In this document: piece after piece, positions 27,706 through 37,303 of the stretch
Layout: each line of letters opens with the position of its first letter
How positions within the stretch are numbered: the stretch's first letter is position 1
Source of the DNA: Bdellovibrionota bacterium
Lineage (GTDB): Bacteria; Bdellovibrionota_G; JALEGL01; DATDPG01
NCBI GenBank assembly: GCA_963668355.1
Contig: OY764265.1
Span: 1,984,001 to 2,048,000, forward strand
Direction of reading: 5' to 3'
Length of the DNA: 64,000 nucleotides
Notes under the pieces: generated by a model
Database searches by the model: none
What the model saw: the letters and a program-made list of their open reading frames with translations, nothing else
What the model was told of the DNA's origin: nothing
Made by a program: the position numbers and the translations under genes

Positions 27706-29474
27706 GAAATTTCGAGAATTCTTTCCAATCCCCCTCGTGCGATGGGGTGGTATTGCTCTTTCGAGCCTTCAAAAATTTCCATGGCCAAATTCTTGGTTTG
27801 TGGGTTTGTATACAACGCCCGATACAAAGGCTTTAAGAACTTCATTCTTCCCATGGAGGGCAAGAACTCTCGGATTTTATCGAAGGCTGGTTCATACGTG
27901 GACGTAGCCGCGATCTCAAGCCACTTGGCCAAGATTTCAGCATTTCCACTTTGGTTAAACCCATACGTTTGATCCAGCCAAGCACAGTCTTCTGGGGACA
28001 TTTTTTTGGGAAGTTCTCCCAAATAGACGAGCCATTCGGGAATCGCCCAGGAAGAAGTTTCCTCTTTGGAAACGCGAACGCCGTTTTCCCAGTTTTTGGC
28101 TTTTTCCAAAAGGTCTTCCAGTCGTTTGGACTCGAAGACCGGTGCATTTTCAGGCAGTCCCGGTTCATAAATCCACTGTTTGGCCTTTGTGGCCTCAAGG
28201 AGCTCTGGATTTTGTTCTTCGAGGAAGCGTACAAAGTCTTCGGTAGAAATGGACTGGAACTTGAATCGGTCCAGATACGTGGCCAGAAATTGATCCCATT
28301 TTTCGCGACCCATCGTTTTCTCCATGAGCGCAACGAAAAGGAATCCTTTTTCATAAGGTACTTGAGAGTAGATTTCGTCTGGATCGATTCCTTTCAAGTC
28401 ATTCTTGAGTTTTGTAAAGGGAGAATCCATCCCGAAGAGTTCCATGTCTTCCTTCAGATCATTCCGACCAATGGCCGCAGAAAGCGATACGGCTTCCTTT
28501 CCTTCCAGAGCTTCCAAAATGCGCCGTTCAGCCCATACCGTGAATCCCTCATTGAGCCAGAAGTCATCCATGGTGGCATTTGTGACAAGATTTCCGGTCC
28601 AGGAATGGGCCAGCTCGTGGGCCAACACATTCACCAAGGATCGATCTCCGGCCAATAAGGTCGGAGTTAAAAACGTCAACCGGGGATTTTCCATGCCTCC
28701 ATAGGGAAAAGCGGGAGGGAGAACAATGAAATCGAATCGTTCCCAAAGATAGGGACCGAATAATTTTTCAGCCTCTTTGAGCATGGACTCGATGGGTTCA
28801 AATTCCCAGGCTGCTTGGTCAACCGTTTCAGGTTCAGCATAGACTTTGGTTCGGGGGCCCAAATCTTTTCCCGTAATGTTTCCGACGGCAATGGCCAAGA
28901 GATAAGAGGGGATGGGTTGAGGCATATGGAATCGGAAGGTGGTCGATTGTTCATTGGTTTCCACCTTCTCCCCTGGGGAGGCAGACATGACTGCACTAAG
29001 AGGGGTGGGAACTGTGACCGAAGCTGCGTAACTGAAGCGAACTTTGGGGCTGTCCTGCACAGGAATCATGGAGCGAGCATGATGAGGTTGGCATTGACTC
29101 AGCAAAAAGGGGTGTTTTTTTCCCGCAGTGTTGTTGGGGCTTAACCATTGAAGCGCGGATGCCTGTGGCGATGTTTTGTAGGAAACCGTCAGTTTCTCCA
29201 ACGGTTTATTTCGCTGGATGATGAGGCAAGTCCCCAGAACGTTATCGGGTGTTCCCATCGAAAACGGGAGATCGTTTCCTTCGGAATCTTTGACCGAAAG
29301 AACCGTCAAGTCACGCGTGTCTAAGTGCAATTCTCCCGAAGAACTGGAGAGGAAGGTGTAGGTGGCATCCCCTTCAATCGTTCGCGAGGAAAAATCGACA
29401 TGAAGGTTCATGTCGATGTGGCGAATTTGTCCTTGGTTTAGATCGGTATAAGAGTGAGGGTCTATTTGGGCCAT
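27702..29474 (-). CDS. M1 family aminopeptidase (leukotriene A4 hydrolase-like)
   Basis: DPHSY, QDSP, PFP-like AFPYGGMENP, HELAHSWTGNLVTN...WLNEG (HEXXH-x18-E), PYEKG, GRMKF. Start ATG 29474 after AAGGAGG. Confidence 0.93.
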   Translation of the reverse strand: MAQIDPHSYTDLNQGQIRHIDMNLHVDFSSRTIEGDATYTFLSSSSGELHLDTRDLTVLSVKDSEGNDLPFSMGTPDNVLGTCLIIQRNKPLEKLTVSYKTSPQASALQWLSPNNTAGKKHPFLLSQCQPHHARSMIPVQDSPKVRFSYAASVTVPTPLSAVMSASPGEKVETNEQSTTFRFHMPQPIPSYLLAIAVGNITGKDLGPRTKVYAEPETVDQAAWEFEPIESMLKEAEKLFGPYLWERFDFIVLPPAFPYGGMENPRLTFLTPTLLAGDRSLVNVLAHELAHSWTGNLVTNATMDDFWLNEGFTVWAERRILEALEGKEAVSLSAAIGRNDLKEDMELFGMDSPFTKLKNDLKGIDPDEIYSQVPYEKGFLFVALMEKTMGREKWDQFLATYLDRFKFQSISTEDFVRFLEEQNPELLEATKAKQWIYEPGLPENAPVFESKRLEDLLEKAKNWENGVRVSKEETSSWAIPEWLVYLGELPKKMSPEDCAWLDQTYGFNQSGNAEILAKWLEIAATSTYEPAFDKIREFLPSMGRMKFLKPLYRALYTNPQTKNLAMEIFEGSKEQYHPIARGGLERILEIS

Positions 29475-29599
29475 GTGTTGCCTCCTTGAAAACAAAGATC
29501 AATTTGGAGGGGCACCTTATCGGGCTCATGAGGAAATGGGAATAGCATGTTTTTTTCTTTTGTTTTCGATATATTAGAGCAGTTCGGTGAGTTCAACGC

Positions 29600-31243
29600 A
29601 TGGAAAAGTCCTCTGAAAAACATTTCTCCGCCTCCGGCCCGGTAAATTCCGCTTACGAGGTTCTTAAGAAAAACGTCATTTTTTCGCCCCTGAGTGACGA
29701 TGTGTTGCAAGCCATTTGGCGAGCGGGAACGCATGAGGAATACGCGGAAGGAGAAAAACTCAATATGGAGACTCCCTCGGTTCAGTTTTTGAACCTCATC
29801 CTACGTGGGGAAATGAGGGTGCATCGGGTCACACCAGACCACCAAGAATCTCTCCGAATCACGGGCCCAGGATTTTCTTATGGATCCATTGATCGCGTAT
29901 TGGGTACCGGAAAATTTCTTTCAGCCATGGTTATGAAGTCCTGTGCGGTTTTTACGCTTCACCGCAATGATTTGAGTTCATTGCTTCGCCAGTTCCCAGA
30001 GCTGACGCGTCGTCTTTCGCAAGTGAGAATGGCCGTTGCCCTTCGTGTTGCCAAGGAGGTTGAAAGAAAGATCAAAAAAGATCCTGATGATTCTCGAGAT
30101 CTTCCGAGAATCGCACCTCGATTTCCTTTGTATGGAAGAACCTTGGTGGCCGTGTTGCAGGATGGAACTTCGTTAAGAGTCCAAGACATCAGTGATTCGG
30201 GATTGTTTGTTTTGGGAGAGGTCAAGGAGTCGGTGGGACAAGACCTTTGTTTTACCGTGAAGGACAAGCAAGGGCGTTTTGATTCGGTTGATGTGTGTGG
30301 CCAAATTTCTCGAAAGACGGATTTGGGTTTTGGTTTGAAGGTTGGAAACTTAAGTCCCGTGACGTTGGCTTCCTGGGAACAAATCTTAACGGAGGTTCTA
30401 ACCGTAGAGGTAGAGGCCATCTTTAAACCCGATTTAAAGAGAATTCATCGGGGATGTATGCTCAAAATTTCTTCAGGGGGAGAAAAACTTAAGGGAAAAG
30501 TATTTTCACTTGGGGTTGAGGGAGCTATTTGCCAAATTTTTTCGCCCTTAGAAAGACGTGTTTTTGACGCTCAATTGAGTTTTGAGAGTGTCGGGGGAGA
30601 GTCAGAGCGAATTCCCTTGGAGATCGAAATCATCGAGAGGCGCCAAGATCATTATCTGGTTCGGTTTATGGAACTGTCCTTGGAAGGGGAGAGAAAAATT
30701 GCAGATTTCATAGCTGGATCAGGAACTTCTCAAATCCCCACTGCGAAACAGGTGGAAAACAGTCCTGTGACTGAAAGCGATGAAAAGAAAAAGGCCCTTC
30801 CGATTTTTAAACGAATGATTCCAAATTCCGTCGAGCTGTGTCGATTCTATTTTCGAGAACTTTCGGATCAAATAATCATTCTTCCGGGCCCTCTTCCCAC
30901 AAAGATCGGAAGTGAGGTGAGCGTGAGCATTGAACTTTCCTCCGATGCTCTTCCAGTGTCACGCAGCCAAAACACCTTCTTAGTGTCCGGGAAAGTCGTT
31001 AGAGAAAAGGGAAATGATCCGATTGTTGAATTAAATATGGACGCGCTTCCCGTGATTGCAAGGCTTAAGCAACTTTCAGCTCAAGTCTCTCAAAGAAAGA
31101 CCGAGCAGACGTTTTACCGTGCGGCCCGACAGGAACACGATGTGAAGTACCGAAGGTATATTCAGCTCATTCTTGTTTTGTTCTTATTGGCGGCCTGCAT
31201 TTGGTGGGCAAGAGACCGACTTCTTCAGGGGATGGTGTCATGA
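29600..31243 (+). CDS. cNMP-binding-like domain, multiple PilZ-like domains and C-terminal TM
   Basis: FSPLSDDVLQAI...ILRGEMRV (cNMP fold); RIAPR and DISDSG (intact PilZ motifs); C-terminal hydrophobic helix. Confidence 0.7.
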   Translation: MEKSSEKHFSASGPVNSAYEVLKKNVIFSPLSDDVLQAIWRAGTHEEYAEGEKLNMETPSVQFLNLILRGEMRVHRVTPDHQESLRITGPGFSYGSIDRVLGTGKFLSAMVMKSCAVFTLHRNDLSSLLRQFPELTRRLSQVRMAVALRVAKEVERKIKKDPDDSRDLPRIAPRFPLYGRTLVAVLQDGTSLRVQDISDSGLFVLGEVKESVGQDLCFTVKDKQGRFDSVDVCGQISRKTDLGFGLKVGNLSPVTLASWEQILTEVLTVEVEAIFKPDLKRIHRGCMLKISSGGEKLKGKVFSLGVEGAICQIFSPLERRVFDAQLSFESVGGESERIPLEIEIIERRQDHYLVRFMELSLEGERKIADFIAGSGTSQIPTAKQVENSPVTESDEKKKALPIFKRMIPNSVELCRFYFRELSDQIIILPGPLPTKIGSEVSVSIELSSDALPVSRSQNTFLVSGKVVREKGNDPIVELNMDALPVIARLKQLSAQVSQRKTEQTFYRAARQEHDVKYRRYIQLILVLFLLAACIWWARDRLLQGMVS

Positions 31244-33162
31244 TGAATCTTGAGGGTGTTTTCTCCAATTTATTCGATCTTTCAGACGACTCTTTAAAAA
31301 AACGTCTTTCCCAATTGTCCATTCGTCGAATTGCAAAAGGGATGGTGGTTTTTGATCATGACGACGTCAGCACGGGGATATTTGCCGTGGCGGATGGGGC
31401 GATTGAGGTGCTGGAAAGAGAAAAAAATGGAAGCTATTCCCGCGTCATGGTTTTGGGCAAAGGACATCTTTTTGGAAACTCTTCTTTTCTAGCGACCTCT
31501 TCAAAACCTATGGCTGCAGTAAGTATGGAAGAGTCGCGCCTGGTAGAGATCCCGGAAAGCTTTCTGTCAGAGGCGGTCAAAGACTTCCCGGAAGTTGCGG
31601 ATCGGTTGTTCGAATATTATCGGAAACATGTTTTGACGAGTGTTTTGAAAAGCTGTCGATTGTTTTCTGGTTTGAGTCAAGGAGAGTTGGAGTGGGTTTC
31701 TTCTCTTATGGAACGAAAGGAATTCGCTCCAAATGAATTTGTTGTGGGGGACAATAGTCCGGGACTCGATCTCTTTGTCGTAAGAAGAGGCCGGGTGGAA
31801 GAAATGAGCCAAAAGAAAGGAGATCCAGAGGCCCAAAATGGAGTTCTTACGTGGGAGAGTTTAAAAAACCCGTGTGTGCTTTCCCCTCGCGCAGATGTTC
31901 GGTCTTATCGGGCCTTGGATGAGGTCGAAGTGATGATTTTGCCAGAAGCCTCCTGGTCCTTGGTGTTGGCAAAGATCCCCTCAGTACTCGACCAAATCCA
32001 CAACATGTTTCAAGGAAGCTCTAAAGATGTCAGGATCGCGTTGGAGTCCGTGGTTGAAACCGTGATTGATGAAGGATGGCGGGCAGACCAAGAACATGGG
32101 GGCGTTTTGCTGAATGAATTGCATGTTTTGGTAAGTTGGAAGACCAAAAGTCATTTGGGTACGGGAAAACTGCAACGCATTTCTCGCGATTTTTGTTCCT
32201 TTGAAAACCACTCTCCCGTTCATGAGTTTCGGGTGGGGGAGACTCTTGAAGTCTCTTATTCCGTGGAGGAGGGGTGCAAGGACTTCATTTCAACCTTGGT
32301 TTCTTGTGTGAAAGGAAGGGAGGTTTGTGCTCAGATCTTGGATTCAGAAAAAGGTTCCGAGGTTGATTCCGACTCCATCAAACGCCTGGCAAAGGAACGT
32401 GTGAGAAATATCGTCTTTCCTCCTCATACATTTAAGGGAGATTCACTCTCCGTGAAGGTTTACCTCGAAGGCGACGAAGTGCATTCGGCCCATATCTTAT
32501 CGGTCAATCCACTACGGGGAAAAATGGAATCAGCTGAGGTCTGGGATTTCTCTGAGTCAGCATATTTGGTGTTTGGAACAAATGATTCTTCTGTACACCG
32601 CTTTCCCATTCGTTGTTTGTCTCGGACGGGTCATGTCGTTGATTTTCAGTTTGAAACCCAAACCAAAGAAGCGTTTTTCATTTTGGAAGAAACCTTGAAG
32701 AATTTGGCTGGAAGATCCGAGGGGCGAGAGAACCACGCTTTTGAGAACCTGGGAAACTCCACAGAGATTTCGAGTTTTATTCTGCGTAAGCATTTTTCCT
32801 CTGCCGCGGAATTTCTTGGAGCGTTTGTGGGTGGCCTCGAATATGGGGTTGTGAACCTGATTTCAAGAGATGAAGCTCCATTGGGAGGGGTGGTTGGAGT
32901 CGAGCTCATATTGGGCTCCGGAAAAGATGAACGGATCATCTGCTTGAATGCAAGGGTTCGGAACTCTGCGAACCGACAGATTGAGCTTGAATTAAAGAGT
33001 CCATCAAAACTCAAGAAATATGCCCAGTGGACGGGGCGTAGACTCGTGGAGGATCAGATCGACGGATCTTGGAAACGGCTCAGAAACACATTGCTCGAAT
33101 CCAGAACGTCTTTTTGGCAACGCTTTTTTCCACCCGTCTCGAAACTTCGTTCTCGTGTTTAA
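31240..33162 (+). CDS. Tandem cNMP-binding-like domains plus degenerate PilZ-like domains
   Basis: VADGAIEV...GHLFG and LFSGLSQGEL...VVRRGRVE; C-terminal FSSAAEFLGAF...LGGVVGVEL. ATGA-coupled to the upstream gene. Confidence 0.65.
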   Translation: MMNLEGVFSNLFDLSDDSLKKRLSQLSIRRIAKGMVVFDHDDVSTGIFAVADGAIEVLEREKNGSYSRVMVLGKGHLFGNSSFLATSSKPMAAVSMEESRLVEIPESFLSEAVKDFPEVADRLFEYYRKHVLTSVLKSCRLFSGLSQGELEWVSSLMERKEFAPNEFVVGDNSPGLDLFVVRRGRVEEMSQKKGDPEAQNGVLTWESLKNPCVLSPRADVRSYRALDEVEVMILPEASWSLVLAKIPSVLDQIHNMFQGSSKDVRIALESVVETVIDEGWRADQEHGGVLLNELHVLVSWKTKSHLGTGKLQRISRDFCSFENHSPVHEFRVGETLEVSYSVEEGCKDFISTLVSCVKGREVCAQILDSEKGSEVDSDSIKRLAKERVRNIVFPPHTFKGDSLSVKVYLEGDEVHSAHILSVNPLRGKMESAEVWDFSESAYLVFGTNDSSVHRFPIRCLSRTGHVVDFQFETQTKEAFFILEETLKNLAGRSEGRENHAFENLGNSTEISSFILRKHFSSAAEFLGAFVGGLEYGVVNLISRDEAPLGGVVGVELILGSGKDERIICLNARVRNSANRQIELELKSPSKLKKYAQWTGRRLVEDQIDGSWKRLRNTLLESRTSFWQRFFPPVSKLRSRV

Positions 33163-33382
33163 TGGAATGGGGTCAGGGGGGACTTTTGTTGTCTTTTTAT
33201 TCGGTTTTTTTGGTGATATTTTTTGAAGATCTGGACAGTTTCGGTGTCCACGGGTTGGGAACTTAGGCGTTTTTGTCTGATTTTCATCATTCTTTGTTGA
33301 GGCAAATGGGAAAAATGACTTTCAGTTCTTTAAAAAGCTTTAGAAATCAACAGGTAAGCCAAGGTCTAAAACGTTTTTCGTT

Positions 33383-33398
33383 TGGCACAGGGATTGCT
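33383..33398 (+). promoter_or_regulatory. Sigma54 (-24/-12) promoter
   Basis: TGGCACAGGGATTGCT with correct spacing; IHF-like AATCAACAGGTAA at 33345-33357. Confidence 0.7.
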
Positions 33399-33441
33399 TT
33401 TTGGGGACCCTTCATGGGAACTCGAGGAGGAGATTGAGCGA

Positions 33442-34710
33442 GTGCTAGCGTATGGCGAACAGTTTTTGATAGCCTTGTTGGCCACCCTGGCAGATACCGC
33501 GCCCTTTGTTTTAATGGGGTATGTCTTTGCCGCTCTGGTTCGAGAGTTCCTGCCCAGAAACATTTTGAGCCGTTTGTTGGGTCGGCGTGGCATTCGCCCC
33601 CTCTTGAATGCGGTCGGCATTGGCGCCTTATTGCCAATTTGTTCGTGTGGAACCATTCCACTGGGGATCGGTTTGGTTCGAAGCGGGGCCTCTCGAGGAA
33701 CGACACTCTCATTCATGACCAGCTCTCCAGCAATTTCCCCGGTGAGTTTACTACTCGGATGGAGCCTATTGGGTGCTGAGTTCATGATTGTTTATATTTT
33801 TGTTGTGGTTACGGGATCTCTCCTACTGGGAGCGCTTGGCAATCAACTGCTCAAAGAAAATGAAAAAGAAATGGAAGTCTGTGAACGTTCCCAGTTTCAA
33901 AAACGGGAAGAGGGTTTTGAAGCTCCGAAAGGAAAGGTCGGATTTTTCAAGCGCTTGGGCCGGGCCTTGCATTGGGCTTTTTTTGATCTTGGTTCTGAAG
34001 TCAGTTTGGATCTATTGTTTGGACTTACCTTGGCTGCGGCCATCATGACCTTGGTCCCGGTCAACTGGGTTACAGACTGGCTTTCCGGTACGAGCATTAC
34101 TAGCTTGGTTCTGATCATTCTAATGGGGATTCCTGTGTACACGTGTTCTGTCCCCTCCATCCCGGTGATTCACAATTTATTGTTTATGGGGGCGAGCCCA
34201 GGCGTTGGTTTGGCTTATCTCATTGCGGGGCCCGCGACCAATATTGGTGAATTAACCGCTATTTACCGAAATATGGGTCGTCGTTCAGCCACATACTATG
34301 TCATCGTTCTTCTCATCCTGGCTTTGGGGGGTGGTTTCTTGGCCAATCATTTGCTTGAGGGACCTTCCGCTCTTTCTTCTTCCATGACGGGTTCAGAAAG
34401 TGTCAGTTTGTTGGGGGAGAAGATGATCGTCATTCAAAGGGGAATCGAATATCTCTGGGCTTCCATTGTTTGGTGGAAGGCCTACTCAGGGATTATCCTG
34501 ATTTTTGTGTTGGGATATGGCGCTTATCAAAAGATTCAAGTTCTGTTCAAAAATCCTTGTGAGCATTGTTTGTTTTGGAATCAAGTCGAATCTGTGGCGA
34601 CTTGTTCGGGACTCTGTTGGCTCAAGAAGACGAATCTTCGTATTCGAAGAGTCTTGTCCCTGGGAAGGCAAAAACCATCGGAAGTCGGCCCTTCGTTGGG
34701 GAAAGAATAA
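33442..34710 (+). CDS. Permease, DUF318/ArsP_1 family (metal/metalloid efflux-like)
   Basis: GALLPICSCGTIP, TSSPAIS, GIPVYTCS..SIP, GASPG..LAYLIAGPATN. Start GTG 33442 after GAGGAGG; the track start lies inside the sigma54 promoter. Confidence 0.85.
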   Translation: MLAYGEQFLIALLATLADTAPFVLMGYVFAALVREFLPRNILSRLLGRRGIRPLLNAVGIGALLPICSCGTIPLGIGLVRSGASRGTTLSFMTSSPAISPVSLLLGWSLLGAEFMIVYIFVVVTGSLLLGALGNQLLKENEKEMEVCERSQFQKREEGFEAPKGKVGFFKRLGRALHWAFFDLGSEVSLDLLFGLTLAAAIMTLVPVNWVTDWLSGTSITSLVLIILMGIPVYTCSVPSIPVIHNLLFMGASPGVGLAYLIAGPATNIGELTAIYRNMGRRSATYYVIVLLILALGGGFLANHLLEGPSALSSSMTGSESVSLLGEKMIVIQRGIEYLWASIVWWKAYSGIILIFVLGYGAYQKIQVLFKNPCEHCLFWNQVESVATCSGLCWLKKTNLRIRRVLSLGRQKPSEVGPSLGKE

Positions 34711-36500
34711 TGAAAACCCGTTTTGCAATTTTCGGGGTGGTTTTTTCAGTATTTTTAATTTTTGTTCAATTCGCTTGCGCTGAGGACATATCTAAAAGAG
34801 TTTTGATTCCCGAAGCCCAGGAAGCCATTGAACTCCTAAATTATATTGCAGGAGACTACTATGAGGCTGTTTCCATACAAGGTGGAGAGGTCATCAATGA
34901 TTTTGAATACAATGAAATGATCCGGTTTTCAGGTATTGTGGTTGGCCTCGTAAAGACGTTAGAGCTTGATCAACAACAACCTTTGAAGGGCTATCTTAGG
35001 AAGTTACAAGAGTCCATTGACCAAAAAGCTCAGATCAAGGATGTGATGCGTTTGGCCTTGGATGCAAGAAATGAAGTCTATCAGGCATTCGCCATTCCTG
35101 TGCAACCCCTCAAAATGCCGAGTTTGAAGAAAGGGAAAAGTGTTTTTTCCCGAACCTGTCAATCCTGTCACCTCTCTGAAGAGGGAGGCCTTTCTTCAAA
35201 AGAAAAAATTCTAAAAGGAGATTCTCCACTCAACGCATTTAATTCCATCAAATTCACGCAAGCGGGGGCTCACAAAACGACGTTCCCCAAACTTTCCGAC
35301 AGAGATCGATGGGACGCTGTAGCTTATTTGTTTTCGTTGAGGAAAGATTTGCCGAAACCTCGAAGGAATACCTCTCATCCCCATATCCCTTGGCAGGTCT
35401 CTTTGCGGTTAAGTGACCAAGAAATTCTTCGAAAAAATAAGTCTCGCAAATTGACTGAAGAAAAGGCATTGAGTGAGTTGAGTCAAATACGCCATTTCCG
35501 GTATGGATCGACGATTGATGCCGACCCAGATTCTGCTCATACGTTAGCTCCACTGCTTCCTCAGGAAAGTATTGAAGTTGCGATGGCAAATTTAGACGAA
35601 GGGTTCAAAAAATACCGAAATGGAAATGCCTCGAAAGCCCGAGAAAATATTTCCCGTGTATATTCTCGCGGCTTGCAGCGGGTCATTCCCATTCTTTTTG
35701 CACTTGAAAAAGAGGAGCTGGCGAAGTCGCTTCGGGAACACTATTTTGACCTTGTTTCCTCTCTGGATTCCTACGATCAGGAATTGAGAAGAAAGGGTCG
35801 TAGGCTTTCTGCACAGATGAAAAAAGCCCGAATGGAAATCCTGACTTTCAGGAGCATGAAGCCGGATCAGGCATTTTCCAGCACAGTAGCGAACTTTTTT
35901 GGTCAGCTCTGGTTTGTCGCGTTGATTGGAGTTTTTCTACTTTTGGGCCTCAGGGAGACGTCCGCGTCCATTCTTTCAAAATACGCGTTTTATTTGGCCT
36001 GGGTTGGAGTCTTTTTCATTGGGTTTTCTTTTCGGACGGATTTCGGAGAAATGCCAGCCGAATTCTTGCAATTTGGGCCAAGAGGTTATCTCAAGGTCAT
36101 TTCATTTCTGTTTTTAGTCGGATTGGCGGTTTGGCTTGCTCTGCGAAGTTTTGGGACCGAATGGAACAATCGATGGGCCGCTTCCGCCATGCTCAAGAAG
36201 GATCTTTTTGGAACCGTTTGTGCCTCAATTGCAATTTTGCTTTTAGGGGTGGGTGGATTGAGCGAGTCATTGGTGTTTTATGAAGACTGGAAGCTCCAGA
36301 TCATTGGCCGAGAAGGGCCCATTGCTGCGGGAATGGTGGTTTCTTTCATTTTGCTGGCGATGTTTGGTGCTGTGACCTGGGCTGGATTGAAACGAATTCC
36401 ACGGTCCTATCGACTCGCTGGAGAGGCTGTATTGTTGCTGGTCATGGCCTCAGTTTGGTTGTGGGAAGGCGTGAAAACGATTCAGGCCGGCCTGTATTAG
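34710..36500 (+). CDS. Cytochrome c / FTR1-like (PbrT/EfeU-type) membrane protein, degenerate
   Basis: Signal peptide; LLNYIAGDY.EAV....V.NDFEY.EM..F N-domain; heme motif CQSCH; LSD..RWD.VAY; C-terminal multi-TM domain. TAATG coupling to the permease. Confidence 0.7.
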   Translation: MKTRFAIFGVVFSVFLIFVQFACAEDISKRVLIPEAQEAIELLNYIAGDYYEAVSIQGGEVINDFEYNEMIRFSGIVVGLVKTLELDQQQPLKGYLRKLQESIDQKAQIKDVMRLALDARNEVYQAFAIPVQPLKMPSLKKGKSVFSRTCQSCHLSEEGGLSSKEKILKGDSPLNAFNSIKFTQAGAHKTTFPKLSDRDRWDAVAYLFSLRKDLPKPRRNTSHPHIPWQVSLRLSDQEILRKNKSRKLTEEKALSELSQIRHFRYGSTIDADPDSAHTLAPLLPQESIEVAMANLDEGFKKYRNGNASKARENISRVYSRGLQRVIPILFALEKEELAKSLREHYFDLVSSLDSYDQELRRKGRRLSAQMKKARMEILTFRSMKPDQAFSSTVANFFGQLWFVALIGVFLLLGLRETSASILSKYAFYLAWVGVFFIGFSFRTDFGEMPAEFLQFGPRGYLKVISFLFLVGLAVWLALRSFGTEWNNRWAASAMLKKDLFGTVCASIAILLLGVGGLSESLVFYEDWKLQIIGREGPIAAGMVVSFILLAMFGAVTWAGLKRIPRSYRLAGEAVLLLVMASVWLWEGVKTIQAGLY

Positions 36501-36513
36501 CCCTGCTTTCGAT

Positions 36514-36996
36514 TCAGACTTTGTCGAAGTAGGCGTTCCATTTGGAGAAAATGATTCCACAGGAAGGACAACTGTCTTCACCTTCGAATTTTTTAGCCCT
36601 GCAATTGGGGCATTCATCTGGAGCTGCCGGAGTTTCATCCTCACTCGGGCTTTGTTCTTCTGAAGAAGTTGCTTCTCCTTCGATTGAAGAAGGAGCGGGC
36701 GTGGCAGGTGCGCAGGATGCGGAAGGTTCTTCAGCGGTTTCTAAAACCTCGGGAGATTCCAAAAAAATCTCTTCCCCCGTTGATTCATCACGGAGCGTAA
36801 CTTCGGCTCCGATGCCTTGCAGTTTTTTGGCCAATTCTTCGGCTTGATTTTGAGTTAATTTGCTTTTTAAGACACACGGTATTTTCGAAAAAATAACGCC
36901 TACGCGTTCCATGGGGAGGCCAAATGTCGCCCCAAAAGATTGCTGAGCGTCTTCTTCCGGAATATCTGAAAAACCAAGTAACTTTACACTGAACAC
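36514..36996 (-). CDS. Small protein: L7/L12-CTD-like domain, acidic linker and zinc ribbon
   Basis: PCVLKSKLTQNQAEELAKKLQGIGAEV; CPNC...CPSCG. Start GTG 36996 after AAAGGGG. Confidence 0.6.
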   Translation of the reverse strand: MFSVKLLGFSDIPEEDAQQSFGATFGLPMERVGVIFSKIPCVLKSKLTQNQAEELAKKLQGIGAEVTLRDESTGEEIFLESPEVLETAEEPSASCAPATPAPSSIEGEATSSEEQSPSEDETPAAPDECPNCRAKKFEGEDSCPSCGIIFSKWNAYFDKV

Positions 36997-37303
36997 GGGG
37001 AGCCCCTTTTCTAAAAATTTCACAGAAATTATAGAGGTCAATAAAAAGGATGAAAAACATTTTTTAACCGATTCAGGGACTGTTGAATAACTGAGGGGTT
37101 GGGGAGTTTCGGAAGTGTTTCGTTTTCTACGTCGAATGACTCGCGCGTCTGCCCTGCAAATCGAAGAATTTCCTACAAATTTTGTAAAGGCAGGCACGTA
37201 AGATGCTCTGGAGGCTCCGTTTAACGTTTCCTCCCGAAAACGAAACATTTTCGAAACCCCACAAACGTTTCGGTTTTTCAATAGTTTGACTTAAATAAGG
37301 GAT

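Noticed and set aside
33382..33441. N-terminal extension or selenocysteine recoding of the permease
   Set aside because: The track start lies inside the sigma54 promoter and a strong RBS precedes GTG 33442. The motif is CSC with no in-frame TGA.
36997..37281. 95-aa N-terminal extension of the zinc-ribbon ORF
   Set aside because: AT-rich, intergenic-looking sequence; an RBS-like AAAGGGG precedes GTG 36996.
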